Counted from the first letter of the stretch, positions 40,657-53,379 are shown. The stretch: DNA of 64,000 nt from Octopus vulgaris (GCA_951406725.2 OX597817.1:153140001-153204000); one strand, 5' to 3'. Translations and numbers: made by a program. The notes: generated by a model not told the origin, from the letters alone.

Positions 40657-41177
40657 GTGGCTCTCATGGCTTCTGATCTTAACTGATCGGAAGTGTTATC
40701 ATGTACATTGTTTTGTCTTGGTATAAAAGATGGGCTACAGCAAATATTCTGCTCAATACCACAGATTTGCTTGTCAGTTGTTTGACCTTAACCAGTTGAG
40801 CATGTCCCTTAGTGGCTGACGATATGTGCATCTCTGATCACGAGCAGAAGTAGTGGGGGAGCATCATAGCCATGTGTTGAGAGGGATTCTTTGGGGTTTG
40901 AATAATTCACCTCTGGAAACATGGGTGGTTCTTTCAACATCCTTAAACAACCCTTATTCAGAGACCTTTTGAGTGGGATGGGCTACTCAACCTGAAGAAA
41001 AATTCTAACTGGGCCCCACCTGCAAGGTCATGTACTGTTTATCTTGATATGAGATCACCATGTCGCGCACATATGGTTGTGATGCATGTGCCTGGTGTAC
41101 TCTTATCAGACGGGTAGTGTTGATGGGCATATTTTACCCCAGTGTCACTTTGATGGCATGCACTGCTCTCTCACTCA
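40636..41177 (+). mobile_element. Longest copy of the non-coding TAA-associated element
   Basis: Homologous to 31966-32465 and 41484-41818; ends ctctcactc-(AAT)n. Confidence 0.88.
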
Positions 41178-41318
41178 ATAATAATAATAATCCTTTCTAC
41201 TATTGAAATTTTGGCGTCGGGGCCTAGTCACTTATATCAACCCCAGTACTTGACTGGTACTTAATTTATCGACCCCGAAAGGATGAAAGGCTACGTCAAC
41301 CTCGGCGGAATGATAAGG

Positions 41319-41391
<73 letters not shown>

Positions 41392-41410
41392 CAGCAGCAG
41401 CAGCAGTAGC

Positions 41411-41465
<55 letters not shown>

Positions 41466-41483
41466 ATAATAATAATAATAATA

Positions 41484-41817
41484 AGTGGGGAAGCATCATA
41501 GCCATGTGTTGAGAGGGATTCTTTGGGGTTTGAATAATTCACCTCTAGAAACATGGGTGTTTCGTTCAACATCCTTAAACAACTCTTATTCAGGAACCTT
41601 TTGAGCGGGATGGGTTACTCGACCAGAAGAACATTCTAACTGGGCCCCACCTGCAAGGTCATGTGCTGTTAATCTTGATATGAAATCACCACGTGATCTC
41701 ATACTGTGATGCATGTGCCTGGTATTCTCTTCTCAGACAGGTAGTCCTGATGGGTATACTGGGCTTCGTATATTTTGCCTCAGTGTCACTTTGATGGCAT
41801 GCACTGCTCTCTCACTC

Positions 41818-41818
<1 letters not shown>
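41484..41818 (+). mobile_element. 5'-truncated copy of the TAA-associated element
   Basis: (TAA)n on both sides. Confidence 0.88.
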
Positions 41819-41876
<58 letters not shown>

Positions 41877-41903
41877 TGATGATGATGATGATGATGATGG
41901 TGG

Positions 41904-41964
<61 letters not shown>

Positions 41965-42439
41965 AACTGCGAAATGTGAAGATTGCTTTAACTGGTACGT
42001 CACATATATTGCAAAGAGCATAGTCGCTGTGAATTTTCTTCCCTTTTTCCCCTTCATTTTCGTCGTTTGCTCTTTTTCATTTTTTCATTTCTTCTATTTT
42101 TCCTCTTTCCGTTTGTCTTTCTTTCCCCTTTTTCCATCACATGACTTTGTAAATGAACAATCTGTTTTTTTTTCTAATGGCCTACCAGTGTATGCAGTCA
42201 GTTTCTTTGACCTAGGTGTCGGGAGACACTCAGCAATAAAGGGAAACGAAATTGAAAGAAGAGGATAATGACAACAGCAACACCACCACCAGCACCACCA
42301 GCACCACCACTACCACTACCACCACCAATACCACCAGCACCAGCACCAGCACCACCACCATCACCACCACCACCACCACCTCCACCACTACCACCACCAC
42401 CACCACCACCACCACCAACAACAACAATAATAATAATAA

Positions 42440-42625
42440 TCCTTCCTATTGAACACACAAGGCCTCAAATTGGTGGGGTGGGGAATGGTGGATTATATCG
42501 ACCCCAGTGTTTCACTGGTACTTGTTTTATCGACTCCGAAAGGATGAAAGGCAAAGTCAATCTCGGCGGAATTTGAAGCTTAGAAACATAGCGACAGGTG
42601 AAATACTTCTAAGCATTTCGTCCAG
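42440..42625 (-). mobile_element. SINE family D fragment
   Basis: atcgaccccagtg...aggatgaaaggcaaagtc. Confidence 0.8.
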
Positions 42626-42626
42626 C

Positions 42627-42690
<64 letters not shown>

Positions 42691-42778
42691 TGAAGAAGAA
42701 GAAGAAGAAGAAGAAGAAGAAGAAGAAAAAGAAGAAGAAGGAGGAGGAGGAGGAGAAGAAGGAGAGGAGGAGGAGAAG

Positions 42779-42810
<32 letters not shown>

Positions 42811-42841
42811 GATGAAGACGAAGAAGAAGAAGAAGAAGAAG

Positions 42842-42873
<32 letters not shown>

Positions 42874-43166
42874 GAAGAAGACGAAGAAGAAGAAGAAGAA
42901 GAAGAAGAAGGAGGAGGAGAAGAAGAAGAAGAAGAAGAAGAAGACGAAGAAGAAGAAGAAGAAGAAGAAGAAGAAGAAGAAGAAGAAGAAGAAGAAGAAG
43001 AAGAAGAAGAAGAAGAAGAAGAAAAGAAGAAGAAGGAGGAGGAGGAGGAGAAGAAGAAGAAGAGGAAGAAGGAGAAGAAGTAGAAGAAGACGAAGAAGAA
43101 GAAGAAGAAGAAGAAGAAGAAGAAGAAGAAGAAGAAGAAGAAGAAGAAGAAGAAGAAGAAGAAGAA
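42627..43166. repeat. (TAA)n followed by a ~475-bp (GAA)n purine tract
   Basis: Visible. Confidence 0.96.
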
Positions 43167-43169
43167 ATG

Positions 43170-43990
43170 AAATATAAGAAAATTCAATTTCAGATTTGCG
43201 GAACCAAGGGAATACAACTCGCAAATAAGCAGATAAAAATTATGTCAGTGATAGAAGTAAAATCAACGCAGGAAGAAGTAAATGACGTGACACGCACAAT
43301 CAAAAACAACTTAAATAGTCTCCCAAGAGATGAAACCGTTGCAGATGAACATACTAATGAGATTACCGACAATTTATTGGAAATAAATGCCGTTGATAAC
43401 AAGACATGTGATCTGACAGATCTTGAAGAGCGAGTAATAGTCGTATGGGTCAAAGTTTAAGATGTGGACGTGAGGGAAGGCAATGACCTGTCTAAGACTC
43501 GCAATAGTAAAATAATAAATGACAAAATAATCTGTCAGGTGAACTCAGACCTTAGATCCGTTATAAACGAAAATGAACTAGAAATCTAATCGTTGAATGA
43601 GTTACTCTATGCTACTACAGTCTGCACCAAAACTCATTAAAGACCAACGTGAGAAGAAAAAACATATCAAGAAACAAATCGATGCTCCCCGATCTGGTAC
43701 GGAAGTATTGAAAGACTTGAGCAACAATCGTAATATGAAACCATGTATGAAGCCAAAGTTGATGAGAAAATATAAATTAAAGTCAGAACGCTAAATTCGC
43801 TAAGGTAACAGAGAAGATAGAACAAAAAGTGTGCAGGGCGAAGCTGCGCTCGTACACAGCTTCGAAAAACAATCCAGGTTCTTCTTCTAAGATAACATGT
43901 TCAAAAATAGCCCAAAGAAATTCTAAAGACCACCAAAACAAAAGAAATACCTTCAGAGTATGAATTACATGACTTCGAGAGTAAAGTCTG
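43170..43990 (+). pseudogene. Probable degenerate pre-RT region of an R4/Dong-like ORF
   Basis: KLMRKYKL...KIEQKV..AKLRSY...NMFKNSPKKF resembles the region upstream of RT in RLE LINEs (from recall). Confidence 0.45.
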
Positions 43991-44279
43991 CACAGATGGA
44001 AAAGGAGCATAATTGTGATATTCTATCGATTAAGAAAAAATAACAAGACGCTTAGCTTATACGTTGAGGACTGGAAGTCATCTGAATATTGGAAAATATT
44101 TCCCCCGTATCATGACAATTCGCGCCGGATGTTAAAATGCCGACTATTGCTTAATGCCGGCTATTGCTTAATGCTATGTGTACACTATAAAGGCTGTGAC
44201 ATATGACAGTTGCAACGGAGACTACGAGGCGGATAGCAGGAATGGACGCAGTTGGCTTTCTGTCTGCACGCCACAATGC

Positions 44280-45104
44280 ATCCTCACAACTTTGAACGAG
44301 GTCTTAGTCTCAACTCAGACGGTTATGTGAAATTGCAGGAGACTGGTCTAAACCTAGATGGAGAGGTTTGCTGCTGGAAGGCCTTATGTGTGTCACAGCA
44401 GGGTTCAGCTCCTTGCTGTACATTCTGAAAGAATCAGCAATGGTTGTCGGAGAATTTCTTTTTCCATCAACACCAGTTTCTTATTTCTTTACTACCCACA
44501 AGGGGCTAAACAAAGAGGGGACAAACAAGGACAGACAAACGGATTAAGTCGATTATATCGACCCCAGTGCGTAAATGGTACTTATTCAATCGACCTCGAA
44601 AGGATGAATGACAAAGTCGACCTCGGTGGAATTTGAACTCGGAACGTAGCGGCAGACGAAATACCTATTTCTTTACTACCCACAAGGGGCTAAACACAGA
44701 GAGGACAAACAAGAACAGACAGTGCGTAACTGGTAATTATGTAATCGACCCCGAAAGGATGAAAAGCAAAGTCGACCTCGGCGGAATTTGAACTCAGAAC
44801 GTAAAGGCAGACGAAATACCGCTAAGCATTTCGCCCGGCGTGCTAACGTTTCTGCCTGCTCGTTTCTGTCATCAGCCCCAGTTTCTGGCCTCCTAATTCA
44901 CCCGATTGTAATCTCATGGATTACTATGCGAGAAGTACGGTTGAGAAAGACAACAATCGCTGTGCCGGCAACGCCAAGGCCGATCTGGGGGCCAAGATAG
45001 AAGAAGCGTTTGAAGATCTCGGAGACACAATGAGGGAGGTATGCGCCAGGTTCTGGGTCCGTCTTCAGGCTACAGTGGAAGCTTATGGCTACAACTTTGA
45101 GTAA
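44280..45104 (+). mobile_element. Tc1/mariner-superfamily transposase C-terminal remnant, split by a SINE D dimer
   Basis: GLSLNSDGYVK, QQGSAP, FWPPNSPDCNLMDYY, RLQATVEAYGYNFE. Confidence 0.8.
44477..44863 (-). mobile_element. SINE family D dimer
   Basis: Junction gaaatacctatttc at 44658-44671. Confidence 0.9.
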
Positions 45105-45142
45105 ACAGTTATCTCCTAACCCTAACCTTTCTTTTATCGTTT

Positions 45143-45426
45143 TCTTTTACTTGTTTCAGTCATTTGATTGCGGCCATGCTGGGGCACCACCTTTAGTCGA
45201 ACATATCGACCCCAGGACTTATTCTATCGATTCTCTTTTGCTCACACACACACATACATATATACGACGGGCTTCTTTCCGTTTCCATCAACCAAATCCA
45301 CTCACAAGGCTTTGGTCGGCCCGATGGTATAGTAGAAGACACTTGGCCAAGGTGCCACGCAGTAGGACTGAACCCTGAACCATGTGGTTGGTAAGCAAGC
45401 TACTTACGACACAGCCACTCTTGCAC
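45143..45426 (-). mobile_element. SINE family A, internally deleted
   Basis: Head and tail both present. Confidence 0.85.
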
Positions 45427-45538
45427 TTATTTGATATTTTTGACTTTTTAAAATACTTGTATTTTTCGATAGGATATTGTGGTTTATTTTCTTTCTATGA
45501 AAACCGCCAAATTTAGCCCAAACTCCCTGTACGCATTA

Positions 45539-45799
45539 AAAAATAAAAAAATGCGCCCTTTTAAACCCTAGCCAGGCTCATGGGCCCGGTTTCTCGGTTT
45601 CAATGGCGTATGTGTTCCCCAGATGGACGTGACGCCAGTCCATCGCAGCGTCACTCATTTTTGCCAGCTGAGTGGACTGGAGCAACGGGAAATGAAGTGT
45701 TTTGCTCAAGAACACAACGCGTCACCCGGTCAAGGAATCGAAACCACAATCTTACGATCATGATGCTGACACCCTAACCACTAAGCCACGCGCCTCCAC
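45539..45799 (-). mobile_element. Chimeric SINE (C head and core, B-like tail) with 13-bp TSD
   Basis: cctgtacgcatta at 45526-45538 and 45800-45812. Confidence 0.85.
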
Positions 45800-45909
45800 C
45801 CTGTACGCATTACCGTACCATTACTAACTGCCACTCTAACAAACTACGTTAGACTACTACACTTCTCTACTATACTATCCTACTTTATATAACACTATGG
45901 TGCACAGTA

Positions 45910-46342
45910 GGCGTAGGAGTGGCTGTGTGGTAATTAGCTTGCTTACGAACCACATGGTTCCGGGTTCAGTCCCACTACGTGGCACCTTGGGCAAGTGTCT
46001 TCTACTATAGCCGCGGGCCGATCAAAGCCCTGTGAGTGGATTCGGTAGACGGAAACTGAAAGAAGCCCGTCGTATATATGTATATATATATATATATGTA
46101 TGTGTGTGTATATGTTTGTGTGTCTGTGTTTGTCCTCCCCAACATCGCTTGACAACCGATGCTGGTGTGTTTACGTCCCCGTAACTTAGCGGTTCGACAA
46201 AAGAGACCGATGGAATAAGTACTAGGCTTACAAAGGATAAGTCCTGGGGTCGATTTGCTCGACGAAAGGCGGTGCTCCAGCATGGCCGCAGTCCAAATGA
46301 CTGAAACAAGTAAAAGTGTACAAGAGTAAAGAATAAAGAGAG
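45910..46342 (+). mobile_element. SINE family A, full length
   Basis: Homology to 4775-5196. Confidence 0.93.
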
Positions 46343-46644
46343 TACAACACTAAATGTGACACCATCACACAACAGAAACTCTATGTAACGGCACACTACG
46401 TAAAACCTCACCAAACCACACCGCGCCGCTCCACGCTACACCATGCAACATATAACATAACACAGCACACAACGCAAACACTACCTGAAGACTGTCTGAC
46501 CTCAATACTTCATCGTGGAATCTGATGATTCCATAAAACTGTTGATAGATTCATAAACACCCCACACAGTAGAAAGACACAAGAACAACAAGAACAACAA
46601 CAACAACGACAACAACGATAACTATTGCTACATCAATTAACAGA

Positions 46645-46730
<86 letters not shown>

Positions 46731-47189
46731 TAACAACAACAACAACAAATACAGCAATTACAAACACCTGCATAATAAAAACAACAGCAGCATCACCATC
46801 AGCAGCAATCGCAGTAGCAACGGCAGCAGCACTCCATTCTGCTATCTTTATGAAATAATCAATAATGCGCAGATCAGCACATGTCTTTTGGCTTCCGTGT
46901 TCTATAGAATATACAATCTTCCTATTCTCCACCTCCCAACCGCCGCACTCTCTTGCCTTCTTCCTCTCTCTTTCACTCTACTTATGCTGCCTCTCTTTGT
47001 CGTTATCGTTCTATCTTTATCCTCCATATTCTATAGAATCTTCCTCTCCTTTTTCCTTCTTTCTATCTGCTTTTCTTTCTAGTTTCCGTTGTCTCTCTTT
47101 AATCCCTCAATTCTATAGTATACCTGCCTCTACTCTCTCTCTCTCTTCATACACACACACAATTATATATAATATAATACAATATTGAT

Positions 47190-47410
47190 AATCCTTTCTC
47201 TAATAGGCACAAGAATGATATTTTAATGCGAGTAGGCTCTAGTCGGTTACACCAACTCCAGTAGTCAGCTGGTACTTATTTTATCGAACCTAAAAAGATG
47301 AGAAGGAAAATCGACCTTGGGAGAATTTGAACTCAGATCGAAACACGGACGAAGTACGCTAAGTGTTTTTGTCCGACGTGCTAACGATTCTGCCCAATCA
47401 CTGCCTTTAT
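47190..47410 (-). mobile_element. SINE family D, diverged
   Basis: ggtacttattttatcgaac...gaatttgaactcag...gtgctaacgattctgcc. Confidence 0.75.
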
Positions 47411-47426
47411 ATAATAATATTAATAT

Positions 47427-47733
47427 GTGGAGGCGCAATGGCCTAGTGGTTAGGGCAGCGGACTCGCGGTCGCAGGATCGCGGTTTCGATTGCCAGACCG
47501 GGCGTTGTGAGTGTTTATTGAGCGAAAACACTTAAAAAGCTCCACGAGGCTCTGGCAGGGGTGGTGATCCCTGCTGTACTCTTTCACCACTCTTTCTCCC
47601 ACTCTTTCTTCTGTTGGCCTGCTCGCTTAGCCAGCGGGGTGGCGTCATTCGAAGGCTAAAACAATGCGAACGCATTGTGACAAGCGATGTGTAACAACAT
47701 CTGATCAAAAAAAAAAGAAAAAAAAAAAGAAAG
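47427..47733 (+). mobile_element. SINE with a family B head and a different tail plus A-rich end
   Basis: gtggaggcgcaatggcctagtggttag...ggtttcgattgcc. Confidence 0.82.
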
Positions 47734-48137
47734 ATATAAGTATGTATATATATAAGTGTATGTATATATGTACGTATTACATACGTACATACATACGTAT
47801 ACGCGTATGTTTGTACGCACGTGTGTATCTCACTAAATATATGACAATGTTTAATTTTTCTCTTTATTTTATAGTTTTCATATTTCCCCATTAGCACTTT
47901 AGAATTCTATTTTTTTTTTTGTGATAGTGATGGTGTTTGACAGTAGTTTTCCGTAACCCAGAAACGACATTTCTAGATCTTCACAGTTTCTTTATCAAGA
48001 TTTGAATTGAATATATTTGTCTTCTGAGCTGTTTCTTACATACTAACTGAATTTGTGCTGAGCAGTATTTCTCAACCGAGTCCATATGACCCTTGGTAGT
48101 TCACATCAGGTTTTGTTGTTAATATTTAGGTACAATA

Positions 48138-48352
48138 AGGCGGCCAGCTAGTAGAAACGTTAGCACACTAGGCGAAATATTTAGTGATATTTCATCTGTC
48201 TTTACATTCTGAGTTCAAATTCCACCGATGTTAACTTTGCCTTTCATCCTTTCGGGGTCGATAAATTAATTACCAGTTGTGTATTGCGGTCGATCTAATC
48301 GACTGGCCCCCTCCCCCAATATTTCGGACCTTGTGCCGAGAGTAGAAAAGAA
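48138..48352 (+). mobile_element. SINE family D
   Basis: gagttcaaattcc...gcctttcatcctttcggggtcgataaatt. Confidence 0.85.
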
Positions 48353-48414
48353 AATTTAGGTAGAATAAATTGGTTATGCTTTTACGATGCACAAAATATT
48401 TTCGCAATTTAAAA

Positions 48415-48632
48415 AAATTTTGTTGTGTCTGAGGAGAGTCATTTTGCCAGTATTATTAACACACGCACTGGTGCAATTCCATTCCTTTATTATTAGTCAG
48501 ATGGTTAAATATCCAACTAACTGATTGCTTGTTTAATATGGTGATTTAATAATAATAACGGAGTGGAACTGAAGCAGTGCATTTGTTAATAATATTGGCA
48601 TGATGACTCTCTCTCTAGACAAAGCAAAATTT
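48415..48632. mobile_element. MITE-like fold-back element (~75-bp imperfect TIRs)
   Basis: gagagtcattttgccagtattattaacac..gcactg versus cagtgc..tgttaataatattggcatgatgactctc; the right arm is repeated at about 48750-48860. Confidence 0.7.
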
Positions 48633-48898
48633 GTTTCAACACGGATTCATATCAAGAATGTTGCAAGTCAGATACAAAAACGAAGTAGAATAAGATCTAG
48701 TCAAGTTAGCAAGACGCTGAAGGACAATGTACTCTGATGTCTAATTGAACCAGTGAGTGTGTTATTAATATTGGCATACTGACTCTTCCATGACACAACA
48801 AATTGTTTTTCAACACTCGGATTCACATCAAGACTCTTGCAAAGCAGATACAAAATCGAATTTTTTAAAAACAAAATTCCTAATAATATTTGATTATA

Positions 48899-49054
48899 GG
48901 CGCAGGAGTGTGGTAAATAGCTTGCTAACCAAACAATTGGTTCTGTGTTCAATATCACTGCATGGCACCTTGGACAAATGTCTTCTACTATAGCCTCGGG
49001 CCGACCAAAGCCTTGTGAGTGGATTTAGTAGGCAGAAACTGAAAGAAGCCCGCC

Positions 49055-49119
<65 letters not shown>

Positions 49120-49210
49120 CATATACATACATACATATATATACATACATACATATATATACATATATGACTGAAACAAGTAAAAGAGAGTAAAAGAGAG
49201 TAAAAGAGAG

Positions 49211-49211
<1 letters not shown>
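48899..49211 (+). mobile_element. SINE family A lacking the segment between the (TA) tract and the tail
   Basis: Head, (TA)n, then directly tgactgaaacaagtaaaagagag. Confidence 0.82.
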
Positions 49212-49242
<31 letters not shown>

Positions 49243-49622
49243 CTAGCAGTATCGCCCGGCGTTGCTCGGGTTTGTAAGGGAAATAACTATATAAGCATTT
49301 TTAGAGATGTAAAGTATAATAGCCATCTCAATATGGCTAACCACAAAGGGGGGGGTGTTACTGTAGCTTTTTACTTTCTGAGATTTAACAATAACTTTTT
49401 GAGAGTTGCTTCCCTTATATATGCCAAAAATGCATTAAAAATGGGAAAAATTGATGGTAATTTTTTTAAAAAATCGTAGACTCATCGTAGACGCGCGCTA
49501 ATACCCAGAAGGGCTCGATATGAATCACGACTATAAGATACCCGGTTTTGGTTAAACTGCACCGCAAAATGTGGGAGTAGTTAGGAATCTAAATCGTAGG
49601 AGACAGACACCACACAACCTCA

Positions 49623-49635
<13 letters not shown>
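49243..49635 (-). mobile_element. Non-autonomous Helitron sharing its 3' end with 35042-35406
   Basis: ctagcagtatcgcccggcgttgctcgggtttgtaagggaaataactata; located in (TA)n. Confidence 0.82.
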
Positions 49636-49669
<34 letters not shown>

Positions 49670-50074
49670 GACGGGCTTCCACATAGTTTCCGTCTACCAA
49701 AAAGTCATTGGTCGGCCAGGGGCTATAGTAAAAGACTCTTGTCTATGGGGTCGAGTACTGGGATTGAACTCAAAACTACGTGTCTGCAAAGCGAGTTTCT
49801 TAATTCTTCGGTCCCACCTCGCACATACACGCGCGCGCACGCACACACACACACACACATATGAAGCTCTCTCTCATTCTCTGTATTTTGCCGCTGGCTC
49901 TCCATCTTATCTGTATGTAGAAAGCCGTCCAGTTATCGCTGTATCGAGAAAGATGGCTCTATTCTACAGAGCAGTCTTTCTCGCCATGTTAGATTGTATC
50001 TTTTCGCTCCCTATCTTCCTCCATCTTTTCCACTAAATTCTTTACTACATAGAATGCAGCGACAGTATTTCCTT

Positions 50075-50085
50075 ATTTCTTTCCT

Positions 50086-50121
<36 letters not shown>

Positions 50122-50201
50122 TTTTTCTTCCTTTTTTCTTTCTTTCCTTCTTTCTTTCTTTCTTCCTTTTTTCTTTCTTTCTTCCTTTTTCTTTCTTTCC
50201 T

Positions 50202-50233
<32 letters not shown>

Positions 50234-50329
50234 TCCTTCTTTCCTTCTTTCTTTCTTTCTTTCTTTCCTTCCTTCCTTCTTTCTTTCTTTCTTTCTTTCC
50301 TTCTTTCTTTCCTTCTTTCCTTCTTTCCT

Positions 50330-50409
<80 letters not shown>

Positions 50410-50411
50410 TT
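50075..50411. repeat. (CTTT)n polypyrimidine tract
   Basis: Visible. Confidence 0.95.
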
Positions 50412-50509
50412 GACTCTCATTTGAATTCTATTTTCATTATCTATTTTTCTGTACTACATCACCAACAATAGTTCCACCGCTCCTGATATTTTTTTCTGAT
50501 TTCAGCGCG

Positions 50510-51380
50510 AAACAAGCAATTTTGAGGAGAGGGGGGCAAGTCGACTACATCGATCTCAGAACTTGGTTTATACTTTATTTTCTAGATCCCTCAAATGGAT
50601 AAAAGGCGAAGTTGACTCCGACGGGGTTTGAACTCAGAATCTAAGGAGCCGGAAGAACAATCGTTAAGCGTTTTGTTCAGCATACTATCGATTCTGCCAG
50701 CTCGTTGCTTTCACCACTTCTAAAATTACCATCACTATACATGGCGGCGGGCTAGCAGAATCGTTAGCATGCCGAGCCAAATGCTTAGAGGCATTTCTTC
50801 CGTCTTTACGTTCTGAGTTCAAATACCACCCAGGTCGACTTTGACTGTCTCCCTTTCCGGATCGATAAATAAGTGCCGTTTAAACTTCGCCGAAATTGCT
50901 GGCCTTGTGCTAAAATTGGAAACCAGTATTACCATCAGTATTTATGGCGGCAAGCTGGCAGAATCGTTAACACGGCGGACAAATTGCTTAACAGAATTTC
51001 ATTTGTCTTTACATTCTAAGTTCAAATTCCGCAAAGTTGACTTTGTCGATATCGATAAAGTAAACACCAGTTGAGCACTGGGATTGATGGAAATGACTTG
51101 TTCTCTTTCATCGAAATTGCTGGCCTTGTGCCGAAATTGGAAATCAATATTACTATCACTATTTATGGTGGCAAGCTGGCAGAATTGTTAGCACGGTGGA
51201 CAAAATTCTTAGCGACATTTCGTTCGTCTTTACGTTCTAAGTTCAAATGCCACCGAGGTAGACTTTGCCGTTCATCCTTTCGAGGTCGATGAAATAAGTA
51301 CCAGTTGAGTACTGGGGTCAATATAACAGACTAGCCTCCTCCTTCAAAGTATCAGGCCTTGTACCTTTAGTAGAGAAGAA
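50510..51380. mobile_element. Cluster of four SINE D copies (one minus, three tandem plus)
   Basis: Plus-strand heads at about 50742, 50946 and 51166. Confidence 0.85.
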
Positions 51381-51643
51381 TATTGCCAATATGAACGGCC
51401 AGCTCCAACACTACTTCACTCCAAACTATCATCAATATCTGCCCTCAATCATTCGTGTCAACACCAATCCCTTAAATAAAACCCAAGTGGACGTTCGACC
51501 TGTTAGAAATAACCACCAAATCTCCCTCAAATTACTACATTGAGAAAAGAAAGACATATTGAATAACGTAATGCAATCCTAGAATGGCTGGAATGTATTC
51601 TATCATACTGCTGCCGGATAAGAGTCGATCTGGATTTAATTAA

Positions 51644-51978
51644 TGTTGTAGTGGAAATGGTACACCCCTTCCCATGAGCCAAAGTAGTATGAAGCAGTCA
51701 CAATAAAGTCAGACCGTCAGTCGTTGTAAGAGATCAGTAGTAGTAGAGTCGTTGTACGAGTTCTCAGTTGGAGTCAGTGTCAGTTATGTGATATATGAGT
51801 TCGAGTTAATGTCAAGGTAGACGTTTCAAAGTCATTGTCTCGTGAAGCTATCAGCGCTAGCACGATAGACGAGTCAAAGATAAGAAGACGCAGAATACCG
51901 CCACGATATAATAGTGGTGACAAGAATATTACAGTGCCGACAATATCATACAAGAGGAGGAGGATCCACATTATAACA
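51644..51978. mobile_element. Solo LTR (335 bp)
   Basis: TGTTGTAGTG...CATTATAACA imperfect terminal inverted repeat; ATTAA on both sides (51639-51643, 51979-51983); internal AATAAA. Confidence 0.7.
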
Positions 51979-52672
51979 ATTAATAATAACTATAGCCATA
52001 TATCAAATAGGTAACTGTAAAATAAACACGATCAGTATCATTGATATCAGTAACTTCATACCCGAAACCGTTGTAGGCTCTGGTTACTCAGCCAGCGAGA
52101 ACCAACGACCCAAATCTTTCAGATCATACACTCTACCGTCCTATAAAAGGGTACATTGATTATAGTTATCTCAGATATACCGTATCTGAAACAAAAATAA
52201 TAAAACGAGATAGAGGTATCTGGAATGCCTTTGATCATAGAGATGCTTTACCAGAATTAACTTGGTTCTAAACTACATTAAGCAACAGAGATAAGAACTA
52301 CAAAATGAGATCTAACGTGCTCTGGACGAATTCACTTCTGCTGTAAGCTCTAGCAGAATTCATAAGCTACGAGGACATGTCCATGTAGCTACTCGACGTA
52401 CAAGAAATTGTAACCAAATCTTCATCAGATAATACCTAGTTTTCTTAAATATATAGGGAAAACTGATACTGACTATTATGCCAAAAATGAAGACAGGGTG
52501 ACCATGACTAAGGCTTTCATAACGGCATGTTTTCAACACATATTTCTCATTCATAATGTGTACGCAGGCTGCCAGAAAATAAAAGACAACGGTTGCGAAA
52601 CTGACGTAGTAGGCTTTAAAACGTCTGTAACTCTGAATGTCTTACAGATACAACACAAAACAGAATTTTGTA

Positions 52673-53360
52673 TACTAAGTGGTATCAAAAGGTTCGCGGA
52701 CTACTTATGTCTAATTAAAATAACTGGATTATCTAAGTTTTAAAATTATCTTCTTCGAAATAGTCACCTGTCTCAGCGTTCCTGCCACTTTTGGAATCCG
52801 GCCTGGAAGTTGTTTTCCGTAAGTAGGTCGAAGACCTTCTGTGATTTGCTCTTGATCTCGATAACGGTGTTAAAACGGTGACCTTTGAGCTACATTTTCA
52901 TCTTCGGGAAGTGATGGAAGAGTGCATGTGCTAAATCTGGCGTATAGAGCGGGTGTGCAAGCGATACGATGTTGTTTTTGGTGAAAACCTCAAGAGTGAG
53001 GAGAGCTCGGTGAAGAAGCCAAGACTTCACGCTCCACAGCTCCGATCGCTTTCGCCGAATGTCCTCCCTCACACGCTTCAAAGTATTGCAATACAGCTCT
53101 CCATTAACTGTCTGGTCCTGGGGAACGAATTCTCGATGCACAATACCGCATTTCCGGGGGTTACGCTCGCAGCAGCCCATCTAGATCGCACATCGTCTTC
53201 CGGAGACGTACTTCTGCTTTTGAAGCGCCCATGTCACTCGAAACATTGTGTACGACCCATTGCCGCCTCGCCGTAAGTTTGCCAAAGCATGCTCAATGTC
53301 TCTGTAATAGACTTCCCGAGTTTAACGCAAAATTTCACGTTGGGTCTTTGTTCCTGCCCA
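52673..53360 (-). mobile_element. Mariner remnant (same TIR family as 35882-36909)
   Basis: gtggtatcaaaaggttcgcggacta TIR; GIVHREFVPQDQTVNGELYCNTLKR...HPLYTPDLA...FPKMK. Confidence 0.87.
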
Positions 53361-53379
53361 TGACAAGATCGCAAGCTGC

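Noticed and set aside
42268-42576. Proline-rich or extensin-like ORF
   Set aside because: (CCA)n repeat running into a SINE D.
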